Under the pieces are notes generated by a model. The model made no database searches, had not been told where the DNA came from, and saw only the letters and a list, made by a program, of their open reading frames with translations. Positions 37,139 through 47,581 of a stretch of DNA of 64,000 nt are shown here, piece by piece (the first letter of the stretch is position 1; every line of letters begins with the position of its first letter). The position numbers were made by a program, and so were the translations under genes. Source of the stretch: Escherichia coli (GTDB lineage Bacteria > Pseudomonadota > Gammaproteobacteria > Enterobacterales > Enterobacteriaceae); assembly GCF_036507355.1 (NCBI RefSeq), contig NZ_AP027877.1. One strand, 5' to 3'.

Positions 37139-38596
37139 TTAGGAGCGCCAAAAAAAACCTGAAAACAATATAATAACAGGATAAATTTCAAGGCGACCAA
37201 GAATCATAGCTATGCACATTAAACATTTTGCAATGTCATTAAGCACTCCGAATGACGATGCAGTAGCCCCAAAACCTAATCCCATATTATTAATACATGC
37301 AGCCACTGTTGCAAATGATGTAAGAAAATCATATCCCATACCATTTAACACCAGTATAAAAAACACCGTGAAGAGAGTATAAAGAAAAAAGAAACTCCAT
37401 ACAGACCTCATTACACGATCTGTAACTATCTTCCCTCCTACATTTACACTCAACAACGCTCTGGGATGAGAAAGCTGATTTATCTCGTGTTTGCTTTGTT
37501 TGAAAAGTATAAGAAATCGAAGTGACTTAATTCCACCACAAGTTGAACCTATACATCCCCCAAAGAAACTTGACAACAGCAAAAACACTATCGTGTGCGT
37601 GGGCCAACTTGCATAATCCTGCGTAGCTAAACCATTATCAGTGAGCATGGAGCTGGCAAGAAAAAACGAATGAATAAAACTTCCATGCAAGTCATACATA
37701 CCTATATGCCAGACCTGGAAAGAGGTAACAATGATCACCCCTAAGGCTATTAACAGAAAGAAACGAAGTTCAATATCTCTGATTAAAGGTTTTATCGTTT
37801 TCCTGCTAATAACAATATACCAAAGAGTGAAGTTGAAAGCCGATAGCAGGGAAAAAGAACCAGCCACCAGCTCAACCAAATAGTTATTAAAATATCCGAT
37901 ACTCTCGCTATGAGTTGAGAAACCACCAAGCGAAACTGTGGAAATCCCGTGACAAATAGCATCAAACAAAGGCATTCCTGCAAGTCTATAACAGACAATA
38001 CAAGCAATACCTAATAAAGAATAAGTTATCCACAGTGTCCGTGACGTATCGGCCAGGCGGGGAGTGAGTTTGTCATCCTTAAATGGCCCCGGCATTTCTG
38101 ACTGATAAAGCTTTGCACCACCAATACCCAATAATGGCAATACAGCAACCGCCAGAACAATAACTCCTAAACCACCTATAAAATTTAACTGTGACCGATA
38201 GTACAAATATGCCCGAGGTAATGAACTAACATCATCAATTACAGTTGCTCCTGTTGTTGTTATTCCAGAAACCCCTTCAAACAGAGCATCAATGAACGTT
38301 AAATTAAGTTCTGAGTCAATCCATAAAGGGAATGCACTAATAACAGAAAACAAAATCCAAAACATTACAATTATAATAAACCCATCACGGGTACGTAATT
38401 GAATGCCAGATTTCTTAGTTGTATACCACGCTCCGCCACCAATGCAAAAAAATATAACGAAAGTTATAAAGAAAACGAACAGGCTTTTTTCTTTATAAAA
38501 CAATGCTACAACCATTGGTGGCAACATTGAAAGACTATAGAGCCAAACCAGGAACCCACACATATGAGTAACAACTCTTACATGAGATGTATTCAT
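37139..38596 (-). CDS. trkG: Trk-system potassium uptake protein (prophage cargo)
   Basis: 485-aa multi-TM TrkH/TrkG-family ORF from the internal ATG (MNTSHVRVVTH…). Confidence 0.8.
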   Translation of the reverse strand: MNTSHVRVVTHMCGFLVWLYSLSMLPPMVVALFYKEKSLFVFFITFVIFFCIGGGAWYTTKKSGIQLRTRDGFIIIVMFWILFSVISAFPLWIDSELNLTFIDALFEGVSGITTTGATVIDDVSSLPRAYLYYRSQLNFIGGLGVIVLAVAVLPLLGIGGAKLYQSEMPGPFKDDKLTPRLADTSRTLWITYSLLGIACIVCYRLAGMPLFDAICHGISTVSLGGFSTHSESIGYFNNYLVELVAGSFSLLSAFNFTLWYIVISRKTIKPLIRDIELRFFLLIALGVIIVTSFQVWHIGMYDLHGSFIHSFFLASSMLTDNGLATQDYASWPTHTIVFLLLSSFFGGCIGSTCGGIKSLRFLILFKQSKHEINQLSHPRALLSVNVGGKIVTDRVMRSVWSFFFLYTLFTVFFILVLNGMGYDFLTSFATVAACINNMGLGFGATASSFGVLNDIAKCLMCIAMILGRLEIYPVIILFSGFFWRS

Positions 38597-38733
38597 ATCT
38601 AAATATTCTTTCAATTATAACCACCTTGCTGCAATATTATGATTATACTGTATAAAATTTAACTCCTCTTAGATCTTACTTCACTGTTCCTTATGAAACA
38701 ATCATCAAAATGAATCATATTGTAGTTAAGATT

Positions 38734-38862
38734 TTACTTTAAACACTGCTCGGTTATGTATTGCTGAGCACCTTCAAGTTGGGCCTGCATCATTACCAGT
38801 CGTTCCCGGAGGGTGAAATAATCCCGTTCAGCGGTGTCTGCCAGTCGGGGGGAGGCTGCATT
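38734..38862 (-). pseudogene. rzpR: 3' ends of phage lysis genes Rz/Rz1 (rzpR/rzoR-like), 5' parts replaced by IS3
   Basis: Minus-strand translation …ADTAERDYFTLRERLVMMQAQLEGAQQYITEQCLK*, with an embedded +1-frame proline-rich Rz1 tail (…QPPPDWQTPLNGIISPSGNDW*). Confidence 0.65.
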
Positions 38863-40120
38863 TGATCCTACCCACGTAATATGGACACAGGCCTAAGCGA
38901 GGTTCTGGTTTTCAAATTGTTCCGGACTGAGGCCGCCACACCAACTGTGCCGCCGCCACCGATTGTAATCACATTCGATATAATTAAACACCGTTGCCCG
39001 CATTATTTCCCGGCTGATAAAGTGTTCTCCATGGATACATTCCACTTTCAGCGAATGAAAGAAGCTTTCCACGCAGGCATTATCGTAGCAGCAACCTTTT
39101 GCGCTCATACTTCCACGCAGATTATGCCGCTTCAGTTGCGCCTGATAATCTGCTGAACAGTACTGGCCTCCACGGTCCGTGTGAACGATAACGTTCCGGG
39201 GCCTCTTACGCCGCCACAGCGCCATCTGCAGGGCATCGCAGGCCAGTTGCGCCGTCATGCGTGGCGACATTGACCAGCCAATAACGGCACGTGACCACAG
39301 GTCAATGACCACTGCCAGATACAGCCAGCCTTCATCTGTACGTAAGTACGTGATGTCTCCTGCCCACTTCTGGTTCGGGCCACTGGCGTAAAAATCCTGC
39401 TCCAACAGATTTTCTGACACAGGCAGGCCGTGTGCGCGGTAGCTGACCGGGCTGAACTTCCGGGAGGCCTTTGCCCTCAGTCCCTGACGGCGCAGGCTTG
39501 CCGCCACGGTTTTTACGTTAAAGGGGTAACCCTGAGCACGCAGTTCATCCGTCAGGCGTGGGGCACCGTAACGCTGTTTTGACCGGGTAAAAGCCGCGAG
39601 GACAACGCTGTCGCAGTGTTGGCGGAACTGCTGACGCGTGCTTATCCTTGTCCGCCGCTGACACCACGTATACCAGCCGCTGCGGGCCACCCGGAGCACG
39701 CGGCACATTGCTTTGATGCTGAACTCAGCCTGATGTTTTTCAATAAAGACATACTTCATTTCAGGCGCTTCGCGAAGTATGTCGCGGCCTTTTGGAGGAT
39801 AGCCAGCTCTTCATCCCGTTCTGCCAGCTGGCGTTTGAGACGTGCAATCTCGGTAGACATCTCCAGTTCACGTTCAGAAGACGTCTGCTGATTTTGCTGT
39901 TTACTGCGCCAGTTGTAGAGCTGTGATTCATACAGGCTGAGTTCACGGGCTGCGGCAGTAACACCGATGCGTTCAGCAAGCTTCAGGGCTTCACTGCGAA
40001 ATTCAGGCGAATGCTGTTTACGGGGTTTTTTACTGGTTGATACTGTTTTTGTCATGTGAGTCACCTCTGACTGAGAGTTTACTCACTTAGCCGCGTGTCC
40101 ACTATTGCTGGGTAAGATCA
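38863..40120 (-). mobile_element. insEF: IS3 (1258 bp); insE/orfA 39756..40055, insF/orfB 38893..39759
   Basis: Terminal IRs TGATCCTACCCACGTAATATGGACAC… and …GTGTCCACTATTGCTGGGTAAGATCA; orfA/orfB transposase pair; flanking triplets differ, so no 3-bp target duplication. Confidence 0.9.
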
Positions 40121-40270
40121 CCGGACGCAACTGAACATCATCAGGACACGCAGCCGCTGGATGCTCAGTCACAGGTAAATTCTGTTGATGCGAAATATCA
40201 GGAACTGCGGGCAGAACTCCATGAAGCCCGGAAAAACATTCCATCAAAAAATCCTGTCGATGCCGATAAA

Positions 40271-41500
40271 TTGCTTGCTGCATCACGTGGTGAATTTGTT
40301 GACGGAATTAGCGACCCGAACGATCCGAAATGGGTAAAGGGGATCCAGACTCGCGATTGTGTGTACCAGAACCAGCCAGAAACGGAAAAAACCAGCCCAG
40401 ATATGAATCAACCTGAGCCAGTAGTGCAACAGGAACCGGAAATAGCCTGCAATGCCTGCGGCCAGACTGGCGGGGATAACTGCCCTGACTGTGGTGCGGT
40501 GATGGGCGACGCAACATACCAGGAAACATTCGATGAAGAGAGTCAGGTTGAAGCTAAGGAAAATGATCCGGAGGAAATGGAAGGCGCTGAACATCCGCAC
40601 AATGAGAATGCTGGCAGCGATCCGCATCGCGATTGCAGTGATGAAACTGGCGAAGTCGCAGATCCCGTAATCGTAGAAGACATAGAGCCAGGTATTTATT
40701 ACGGAATTTCGAATGAGAATTACCACGCGGGTCCCGGTATCAGTAAGTCTCAGCTCGATGACATTGCTGATACTCCGGCACTATATTTGTGGCGTAAAAA
40801 TGCCCCCGTGGACACCACAAAGACAAAAACGCTCGATTTAGGAACTGCTTTCCACTGCCGGGTACTTGAACCGGAAGAATTCAGTAACCGCTTTATCGTA
40901 GCACCTGAATTTAACCGCCGTACAAACGCCGGAAAAGAAGAAGAGAAAGCGTTTCTGATGGAATGCGCAAGCACAGGAAAAACGGTTATCACTGCGGAAG
41001 AAGGCCGGAAAATTGAACTCATGTATCAAAGCGTTATGGCTTTGCCGCTGGGGCAATGGCTTGTTGAAAGCGCCGGACACGCTGAATCATCAATTTACTG
41101 GGAAGATCCTGAAACAGGAATTTTGTGTCGGTGCCGTCCGGACAAAATTATCCCTGAATTTCACTGGATCATGGACGTGAAAACTACGGCGGATATTCAA
41201 CGATTCAAAACCGCTTATTACGACTACCGCTATCACGTTCAGGATGCATTCTACAGTGACGGTTATGAAGCACAGTTTGGAGTGCAGCCAACTTTCGTTT
41301 TTCTGGTTGCCAGCACAACTATTGAATGCGGACGTTATCCGGTTGAAATTTTCATGATGGGCGAAGAAGCAAAACTGGCAGGTCAACAGGAATATCACCG
41401 CAATCTGCGAACCCTGTCTGACTGCCTGAATACCGATGAATGGCCAGCTATTAAGACATTATCACTGCCCCGCTGGGCTAAGGAATATGCAAATGACTAA
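40271..41500 (+). CDS. recE: Exonuclease VIII (RecE) C-terminal portion, N-terminal part of gene missing
   Basis: 409-aa ORF ending …[12 protein letters not shown] just upstream of recT and beginning shortly after the IS3 end; contains the nuclease-domain region. Confidence 0.7.
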   Translation: MLAASRGEFVDGISDPNDPKWVKGIQTRDCVYQNQPETEKTSPDMNQPEPVVQQEPEIACNACGQTGGDNCPDCGAVMGDATYQETFDEESQVEAKENDPEEMEGAEHPHNENAGSDPHRDCSDETGEVADPVIVEDIEPGIYYGISNENYHAGPGISKSQLDDIADTPALYLWRKNAPVDTTKTKTLDLGTAFHCRVLEPEEFSNRFIVAPEFNRRTNAGKEEEKAFLMECASTGKTVITAEEGRKIELMYQSVMALPLGQWLVESAGHAESSIYWEDPETGILCRCRPDKIIPEFHWIMDVKTTADIQRFKTAYYDYRYHVQDAFYSDGYEAQFGVQPTFVFLVASTTIECGRYPVEIFMMGEEAKLAGQQEYHRNLRTLSDCLNTDEWPAIKTLSLPRWAKEYAND

Positions 41501-42302
41501 GCAACCACCAATCGCAAAAGCCGATCTGCAAAAAACTCAGGGAAACCGTGCACCAGCAGCAGTTAAAAATAGCGACGTGATTAGTTTTATTAACCAGCCA
41601 TCAATGAAAGAGCAACTGGCAGCAGCTCTTCCACGCCATATGACGGCTGAACGTATGATCCGTATCGCCACCACAGAAATTCGTAAAGTTCCGGCGTTAG
41701 GAAACTGTGACACTATGAGTTTTGTCAGTGCGATCGTACAGTGTTCACAGCTCGGACTTGAGCCAGGTAGCGCCCTCGGTCATGCATATTTACTGCCTTT
41801 TGGTAATAAAAACGAAAAGAGCGGTAAAAAGAACGTTCAGCTAATCATTGGCTATCGCGGCATGATTGATCTGGCTCGCCGTTCTGGTCAAATCGCCAGC
41901 CTGTCAGCCCGTGTTGTCCGTGAAGGTGACGAGTTTAGCTTCGAATTTGGCCTTGATGAAAAGTTAATACACCGCCCGGGAGAAAACGAAGATGCCCCGG
42001 TTACCCACGTCTATGCTGTCGCAAGACTGAAAGACGGAGGTACTCAGTTTGAAGTTATGACGCGCAAACAGATTGAGCTGGTGCGCAGCCTGAGTAAAGC
42101 TGGTAATAACGGGCCGTGGGTAACTCACTGGGAAGAAATGGCAAAGAAAACGGCTATTCGTCGCCTGTTCAAATATCTGCCCGTATCAATTGAGATCCAG
42201 CGTGCAGTATCAATGGATGAAAAGGAACCACTGACAATCGATCCTGCAGATTCCTCTGTATTAACCGGGGAATACAGTGTAATCGATAATTCAGAGGAAT
42301 AA
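41493..42302 (+). CDS. recT: Single-strand annealing recombinase RecT
   Basis: 269-aa ORF from the internal ATG ([29 protein letters not shown]…), overlapping the recE stop. Confidence 0.85.
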   Translation: MTKQPPIAKADLQKTQGNRAPAAVKNSDVISFINQPSMKEQLAAALPRHMTAERMIRIATTEIRKVPALGNCDTMSFVSAIVQCSQLGLEPGSALGHAYLLPFGNKNEKSGKKNVQLIIGYRGMIDLARRSGQIASLSARVVREGDEFSFEFGLDEKLIHRPGENEDAPVTHVYAVARLKDGGTQFEVMTRKQIELVRSLSKAGNNGPWVTHWEEMAKKTAIRRLFKYLPVSIEIQRAVSMDEKEPLTIDPADSSVLTGEYSVIDNSEE

Positions 42303-42346
42303 TTCAGCCTGGCGGTGTAATGCACCGCCAACTTGAAATATTTTTT

Positions 42347-43330
42347 ATGAGAAAAATTATGAGATATGACAATGTTGGTGATGCTGCCAACTTACTGATT
42401 TAGTGTATGATGGTGTTTTTGAGGTGCTCCAGTGGCTTCTGTTTCTATCAGCTGTCCCTCCTGTTCAGCTACTGACGGGGTGGTGCGTAACGGCAAAAGC
42501 ACCGCCGGACATCAGCGCTATCTCTGCTCTCACTGCCGTAAAACATGGCAACTGCAGTTCACTTACACCGCTTCTCAACCCGGTACGCACCAGAAAATCA
42601 TTGATATGGCCATGAATGGCGTTGGATGCCGGGCAACAGCCCGCATTATGGGCATTGGCCTCAACACGATTTTACGTCACTTAAAAAACTCAGGCCGCAG
42701 TCGGTAACCTCGCGCATACAGCCGGGCAGTGACGTCATCGTCTGCGCGGAAATGGACGAACAGTGGGGCTATGTCGGGGCTAAATCGCGCCAGCGCTGGC
42801 TGTTTTACGCGTATGACAGGCTCCGGAAGACGGTTGTTGCGCACGTATTCGGTGAACGCACGATGGCGACGCTGGGGCGTCTTATGAGCCTGCTGTCACC
42901 CTTTGACGTGGTGATATGGATGACGGATGGCTGGCCGCTGTATGAATCCCGCCTGAAGGGAAAGCTGCACGTAATCAGCAAGCGATATACGCAGCGAATT
43001 GAGCGGCATAACCTGAATCTGAGGCAGCACCTGGCACGGCTGGGACGGAAGTCGCTGTCGTTCTCAAAATCGGTGGAGCTGCATGACAAAGTCATCGGGC
43101 ATTATCTGAACATAAAACACTATCAATAAGTTGGAGTCATTACCGACAATGTTAAACCATGTCCATTTTGTGGTTGTCCATCAGTAACGGTGAAAGCCAT
43201 TTCAGGATATTACCGAGCGAAGTGTAACGGATGCGAATCCCGAACCGGTTATGGTGGAAGTGAAAAAGAAGCACTCGAAAGATGGAATAAACGAACCACT
43301 GGAAATAATAATGGAGGTGTTCATGTATAA
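42347..43330 (+). pseudogene. ralR: lar/ralR (restriction alleviation; type I TA toxin) interrupted by IS1
   Basis: 5' codons (MRKIMRYDNV) at 42347..42376 and the remainder (…KPCPFCGCPSVTVKAISGYYRAKCNGCESRTGYGGSEKEALERWNKRTTGNNNGGVHV*) at 43145..43330, separated by IS1 with a duplicated GACAATGTT. Confidence 0.7.
42377..43144 (+). mobile_element. insAB: IS1 (768 bp), copy 3, simple insertion; insA 42432..42707, insB' 42626..43129
   Basis: Terminal IRs present; perfect 9-bp target-site duplication GACAATGTT at 42368..42376 and 43145..43153. Confidence 0.9.
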
Positions 43331-43532
43331 AATTACCGCCACTATTGAAAAGGAAGGTGGCACTCCTACTAACTGGACAAGATATTCAAAATCTAAACTA
43401 ACGAAATCAGAATGCGAAAAAATGCTCTCAGGTAAAAAAGAAGCAGGCGTTTCCAGAGAGCAGAAAGTAAAACTGATAAATTTTAATTGCGAGAAACTTC
43501 AGTCCTCGAGAATTGCATTGTATTCAAATTAA
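43323..43532 (+). CDS. ydaC: Small prophage protein
   Basis: 69-aa ORF MYKITATIEKEGGTPTNWTRYSKSK… whose start overlaps the lar stop; symbol from position between lar and xisR. Confidence 0.6.
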   Translation: MYKITATIEKEGGTPTNWTRYSKSKLTKSECEKMLSGKKEAGVSREQKVKLINFNCEKLQSSRIALYSN

Positions 43533-43610
43533 AACTTCATAGCTGATTATTAATAATCAACATCGGGCGTCAATTTCAGTCTAACATTGGCGCCTGCCAG
43601 AGGTGATGCG

Positions 43611-43826
43611 ATGGCACAAGTAATCTTTAATGAAGAGTGGATGGTTGAATACGGCCTGATGCTTCGCACTGGTCTGGGGGCCAGACAAATTGAAGCATAC
43701 CGCCAGAACTGTTGGGTGGAGGGCTTCCACTTCAAACGAGTATCTCCTTTAGGTAAGCCAGACAGCAAACGAGGGATTATCTGGTACAACTATCCAAAGA
43801 TAAATCAGTTTATCAAAGACTCATGA
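43611..43826 (+). CDS. xisR: Prophage excisionase
   Basis: 71-aa ORF from the internal ATG ([17 protein letters not shown]…) immediately upstream of the integrase. Confidence 0.7.
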   Translation: MAQVIFNEEWMVEYGLMLRTGLGARQIEAYRQNCWVEGFHFKRVSPLGKPDSKRGIIWYNYPKINQFIKDS

Positions 43827-43827
43827 T

Positions 43828-45063
43828 ATGTCTAAATTACCAACAGGTGTCGAGATTAGAGGTAGATACATTCGCATCTGGTTCATGTTTCGAGGAAAAC
43901 GATGTCGGGAAACATTAAAAGGCTGGGAGATTACAAACAGTAATATTAAAAAGGCCGGAAATTTAAGAGCGCTGATAGTTCATGAAATAAACTCCGGTGA
44001 ATTTGAGTATTTAAGACGTTTTCCCCAGTCCAGCACTGGGGCAAAAATGGTGACAACGAGAGTCATAAAAACGTTCGGAGAGCTTTGTGATATCTGGACA
44101 AAAATTAAAGAGACAGAGTTAACAACAAACACAATGAAGAAAACGAAATCACAATTAAAAACACTCAGAATAATAATTTGTGAAAGTACCCCGATATCAC
44201 ATATTCGTTATAGCGATATCTTAAACTACCGGAATGAACTGCTGCATGGAGAAACGCTTTACCTGGATAATCCAAGATCCAACAAAAAAGGAAGAACCGT
44301 GCGCACAGTTGATAACTATATCGCCCTGCTCTGTTCGCTGTTGCGTTTTGCGTATCAGTCGGGATTTATATCAACCAAACCATTTGAAGGAGTAAAAAAA
44401 TTACAGCGAAACAGAATAAAGCCTGATCCGTTATCTAAAACAGAATTCAATGCATTAATGGAAAGTGAAAAAGGACAGAGCCAGAACTTGTGGAAATTTG
44501 CCGTTTACTCAGGACTTCGTCACGGGGAACTGGCAGCTCTGGCGTGGGAGGATGTGGATCTCGAAAAGGGAATAGTGAATGTCAGAAGAAACCTGACGAT
44601 ACTTGATATGTTCGGTCCCCCAAAAACAAATGCCGGGATCCGAACAGTAACACTACTGCAGCCTGCTCTTGAAGCACTGAAGGAGCAATACAAACTGACC
44701 GGGCATCATCGCAAAAGCGAAATCACCTTTTATCATCGGGAGTACGGCAGAACCGAAAAGCAAAAACTGCATTTTGTTTTCATGCCCAGGGTGTGTAACG
44801 GAAAACAAAAACCTTATTACTCGGTAAGCAGTTTGGGGGCAAGGTGGAATGCAGCAGTAAAACGTGCTGGTATTCGCCGCCGTAATCCGTACCATACGCG
44901 GCATACTTTTGCCTGCTGGCTGTTGACGGCAGGAGCGAACCCGGCATTTATAGCCAGCCAAATGGGGCATGAAACTGCGCAGATGGTGTATGAAATTTAC
45001 GGTATGTGGATTGATGACATGAACGACGAACAGATAGCCATGTTGAATGCGCGGTTATCGTAG
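43828..45063 (+). CDS. intR: Prophage tyrosine integrase
   Basis: 411-aa ORF with the C-terminal catalytic tyrosine-recombinase region (…HTRHTFACWLLTAGANP…QMGHET…MVYEIY…). Confidence 0.85.
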   Translation: MSKLPTGVEIRGRYIRIWFMFRGKRCRETLKGWEITNSNIKKAGNLRALIVHEINSGEFEYLRRFPQSSTGAKMVTTRVIKTFGELCDIWTKIKETELTTNTMKKTKSQLKTLRIIICESTPISHIRYSDILNYRNELLHGETLYLDNPRSNKKGRTVRTVDNYIALLCSLLRFAYQSGFISTKPFEGVKKLQRNRIKPDPLSKTEFNALMESEKGQSQNLWKFAVYSGLRHGELAALAWEDVDLEKGIVNVRRNLTILDMFGPPKTNAGIRTVTLLQPALEALKEQYKLTGHHRKSEITFYHREYGRTEKQKLHFVFMPRVCNGKQKPYYSVSSLGARWNAAVKRAGIRRRNPYHTRHTFACWLLTAGANPAFIASQMGHETAQMVYEIYGMWIDDMNDEQIAMLNARLS

Positions 45064-45114
45064 TTGCAAAGTTTGCCCCCAATTTGCCCCATTTAGTACC
45101 AGGGAACTGAAATA

Positions 45115-46050
45115 ATGCAAGAAAATCAACAAATTACAAAGAAAGAACAATACAACCTGAACAAATTACAAAAACGCCTGCGTCGTAACGTGGGCGAAGC
45201 CATTGCTGACTTCAATATGATTGAAGAAGGCGATCGCATCATGGTTTGCCTCTCCGGGGGTAAAGACAGCTATACCATGCTGGAGATTCTGCGCAATTTG
45301 CAGCAAAGCGCGCCAATCAATTTTTCGCTGGTGGCTGTTAACCTCGATCAAAAGCAACCGGGCTTCCCGGAACACGTTCTGCCCGAGTATCTTGAAAAGC
45401 TGGGCGTTGAGTACAAGATTGTTGAAGAGAACACTTACGGTATCGTGAAAGAGAAGATTCCAGAGGGCAAAACCACTTGCTCACTGTGTTCTCGGCTACG
45501 TCGCGGTATCCTTTATCGCACCGCAACGGAACTGGGGGCGACGAAGATCGCGCTGGGTCACCATCGTGACGATATCCTGCAAACGCTGTTCTTAAATATG
45601 TTCTACGGCGGCAAGATGAAAGGTATGCCTCCGAAATTGATGAGCGATGATGGCAAACATATCGTGATTCGTCCGCTGGCCTACTGCCGCGAGAAAGATA
45701 TTCAGCGCTTTGCCGATGCAAAAGCGTTCCCGATTATTCCGTGCAACCTGTGCGGTTCACAGCCTAACCTGCAACGTCAGGTGATTGCTGACATGTTGCG
45801 TGACTGGGATAAACGTTATCCGGGGCGTATCGAGACGATGTTCAGCGCGATGCAGAATGTGGTGCCATCGCATCTGTGCGATACCAACCTGTTCGATTTT
45901 AAAGGCATTACCCACGGTTCTGAAGTGGTTAACGGGGGTGATCTGGCGTTTGATCGCGAAGAGATCCCACTACAACCGGCGGGCTGGCAGCCAGAAGAAG
46001 ATGAAAATCAGTTGGATGAGTTACGGCTGAATGTGGTTGAAGTGAAATAA
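45115..46050 (+). CDS. ttcA: tRNA 2-thiocytidine(32) synthetase
   Basis: 311-aa ORF with PP-loop (…[11 protein letters not shown]…) and Cys clusters. Confidence 0.85.
   Translation: MQENQQITKKEQYNLNKLQKRLRRNVGEAIADFNMIEEGDRIMVCLSGGKDSYTMLEILRNLQQSAPINFSLVAVNLDQKQPGFPEHVLPEYLEKLGVEYKIVEENTYGIVKEKIPEGKTTCSLCSRLRRGILYRTATELGATKIALGHHRDDILQTLFLNMFYGGKMKGMPPKLMSDDGKHIVIRPLAYCREKDIQRFADAKAFPIIPCNLCGSQPNLQRQVIADMLRDWDKRYPGRIETMFSAMQNVVPSHLCDTNLFDFKGITHGSEVVNGGDLAFDREEIPLQPAGWQPEEDENQLDELRLNVVEVK
45140..45165. repeat. Prophage att core, int-proximal copy inside the 5' end of ttcA
   Basis: aaagaaagaacaatacaacctgaacaa matches 33982..34007. Confidence 0.75.
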
Positions 46051-46057
46051 CCAGGAT

Positions 46058-46135
46058 AGCGCCCGATGCGCAAGCGTATCGGGCTACTCTTATGGAGGCC
46101 GGATAAGACGCGGCCAGCGTCGCATCCGGCAATCC
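46058..46135. repeat. REP (palindromic unit) elements downstream of ttcA
   Basis: gcccgatgcgcaagcgtatcgggc and gccggataagacgcggccagcgtcgcatccggc palindromes typical of enterobacterial REP. Confidence 0.7.
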
Positions 46136-46178
46136 CGAATAAGATGTTTACTCTTGCACCCGGCAATTCAACATTTCA

Positions 46179-47552
46179 TTATTTTAATAACCGCACCCGG
46201 CACGTTTTTCCTTTAATCTTCCCGCCCTGTAACTGTTTCCATGCTTTATGAGCAACAGCCTGACGGACCGCGACATAGACATGCGCCGGATGCACGGCGA
46301 TTTTGCCAATATCTGCGCCATCAAGCCCGATATCTCCTGTCAGTGCACCTAATACATCACCCGGGCGCATTTTGGCTTTTTTCCCGCCATCGATACACAA
46401 CGTTGCCATTTCTGCTTCCAGCGTCACAATGGAACTATTAGCTGGCGGCGTTTGCCAGTTAAGTTTTATCTGCAACATGTCAGAAATGATATTGGCCCGC
46501 TGTGCTTCTTCCGGAGCACAGAAACTGATCGCCAGACCGCTATTTCCTGCACGAGCTGTACGACCGATGCGATGTACATGAACTTCAGGGTCCCACGCCA
46601 GCTCAAAGTTCACCACCAGCTCAAGCGATTTAATATCCAGACCACGCGCAGCAACATCAGTCGCGACCAGTACACGGGCGCTACCGTTAGCAAAACGTAC
46701 CAGGGTCTGATCGCGATCGCGTTGCTCCAAATCGCCGTGTAATGACAATGCACTTTGCCCTACTTCATTCAGCGCGTCGCAGACAGCCTGGCAATCTTTT
46801 TTGGTATTGCAAAACACCACGCAAGAGGATGGCTGATGCAAGCTTAATAACCGTTGCAACAGAGGAATTTTGCCTTTACTGGATGTCTCATAAAATTGTT
46901 GATCAATGGGTGGCAAAGCATCTGTTGAGTCAATTTCAATCGCCAAAGGATCGCGTTGCACTCGTCCGCTGATTGCAGCGATGGCTTCCGGCCAGGTTGC
47001 TGAAAACAGAAGCGTCTGTCGAGATGCAGGCGCAAAACGGATGACATCATCAATGGCATCGCTAAATCCCATATCCAGCATGCGGTCGGCCTCATCCATC
47101 ACCAAAGTATTCAGCGCATCCAGTGATACCGTGCCTTTTTGCAAGTGATCCAGCAAACGACCCGGCGTTGCCACGATAATATGCGGCGCATGTTGCAACG
47201 AATCACGCTGCATACCGAACGGTTGACCACCGCACAACGTCAAAATTTTGGTATTTGGCAGAAAACGCGCCAGCCGACGCAATTCACCTGCCACCTGATC
47301 CGCCAGTTCACGCGTAGGACACAGCACTAAAGCCTGGGTTTGAAATAGCGACGCATCAATTTGCTGTAACAAGCCGAGGCCAAAAGCCGCCGTTTTGCCG
47401 CTGCCGGTTTTCGCCTGCACGCGAACATCTTTTCCGGCAAGGATCGCCGGAAGCGCGGCGGCCTGCACCGGCGTCATGGTTAAATAACCCAACTCATTAA
47501 GGTTCGTGAGTTGGGCGGGAGGCAAAACATTCAGGGTAGAAAAAGCGGTCAC
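46179..47552 (-). CDS. dbpA: DEAD-box ATP-dependent RNA helicase (23S rRNA specific)
   Basis: 457-aa ORF with Walker A (AKTGSGKT), DEAD box (LVMDEADRML), SAT and HRIGRTAR motifs. Confidence 0.9.
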   Translation of the reverse strand: MTAFSTLNVLPPAQLTNLNELGYLTMTPVQAAALPAILAGKDVRVQAKTGSGKTAAFGLGLLQQIDASLFQTQALVLCPTRELADQVAGELRRLARFLPNTKILTLCGGQPFGMQRDSLQHAPHIIVATPGRLLDHLQKGTVSLDALNTLVMDEADRMLDMGFSDAIDDVIRFAPASRQTLLFSATWPEAIAAISGRVQRDPLAIEIDSTDALPPIDQQFYETSSKGKIPLLQRLLSLHQPSSCVVFCNTKKDCQAVCDALNEVGQSALSLHGDLEQRDRDQTLVRFANGSARVLVATDVAARGLDIKSLELVVNFELAWDPEVHVHRIGRTARAGNSGLAISFCAPEEAQRANIISDMLQIKLNWQTPPANSSIVTLEAEMATLCIDGGKKAKMRPGDVLGALTGDIGLDGADIGKIAVHPAHVYVAVRQAVAHKAWKQLQGGKIKGKTCRVRLLK

Positions 47553-47581
47553 AATCTATTCTCGTGGTCATCGACGCAAAG

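Noticed and set aside
33800-45170. Searched prophage ends and IS flanks for tRNA or tmRNA genes as integration targets
   Set aside because: No cloverleaf-like sequence found; the integration site is the 5' end of ttcA.
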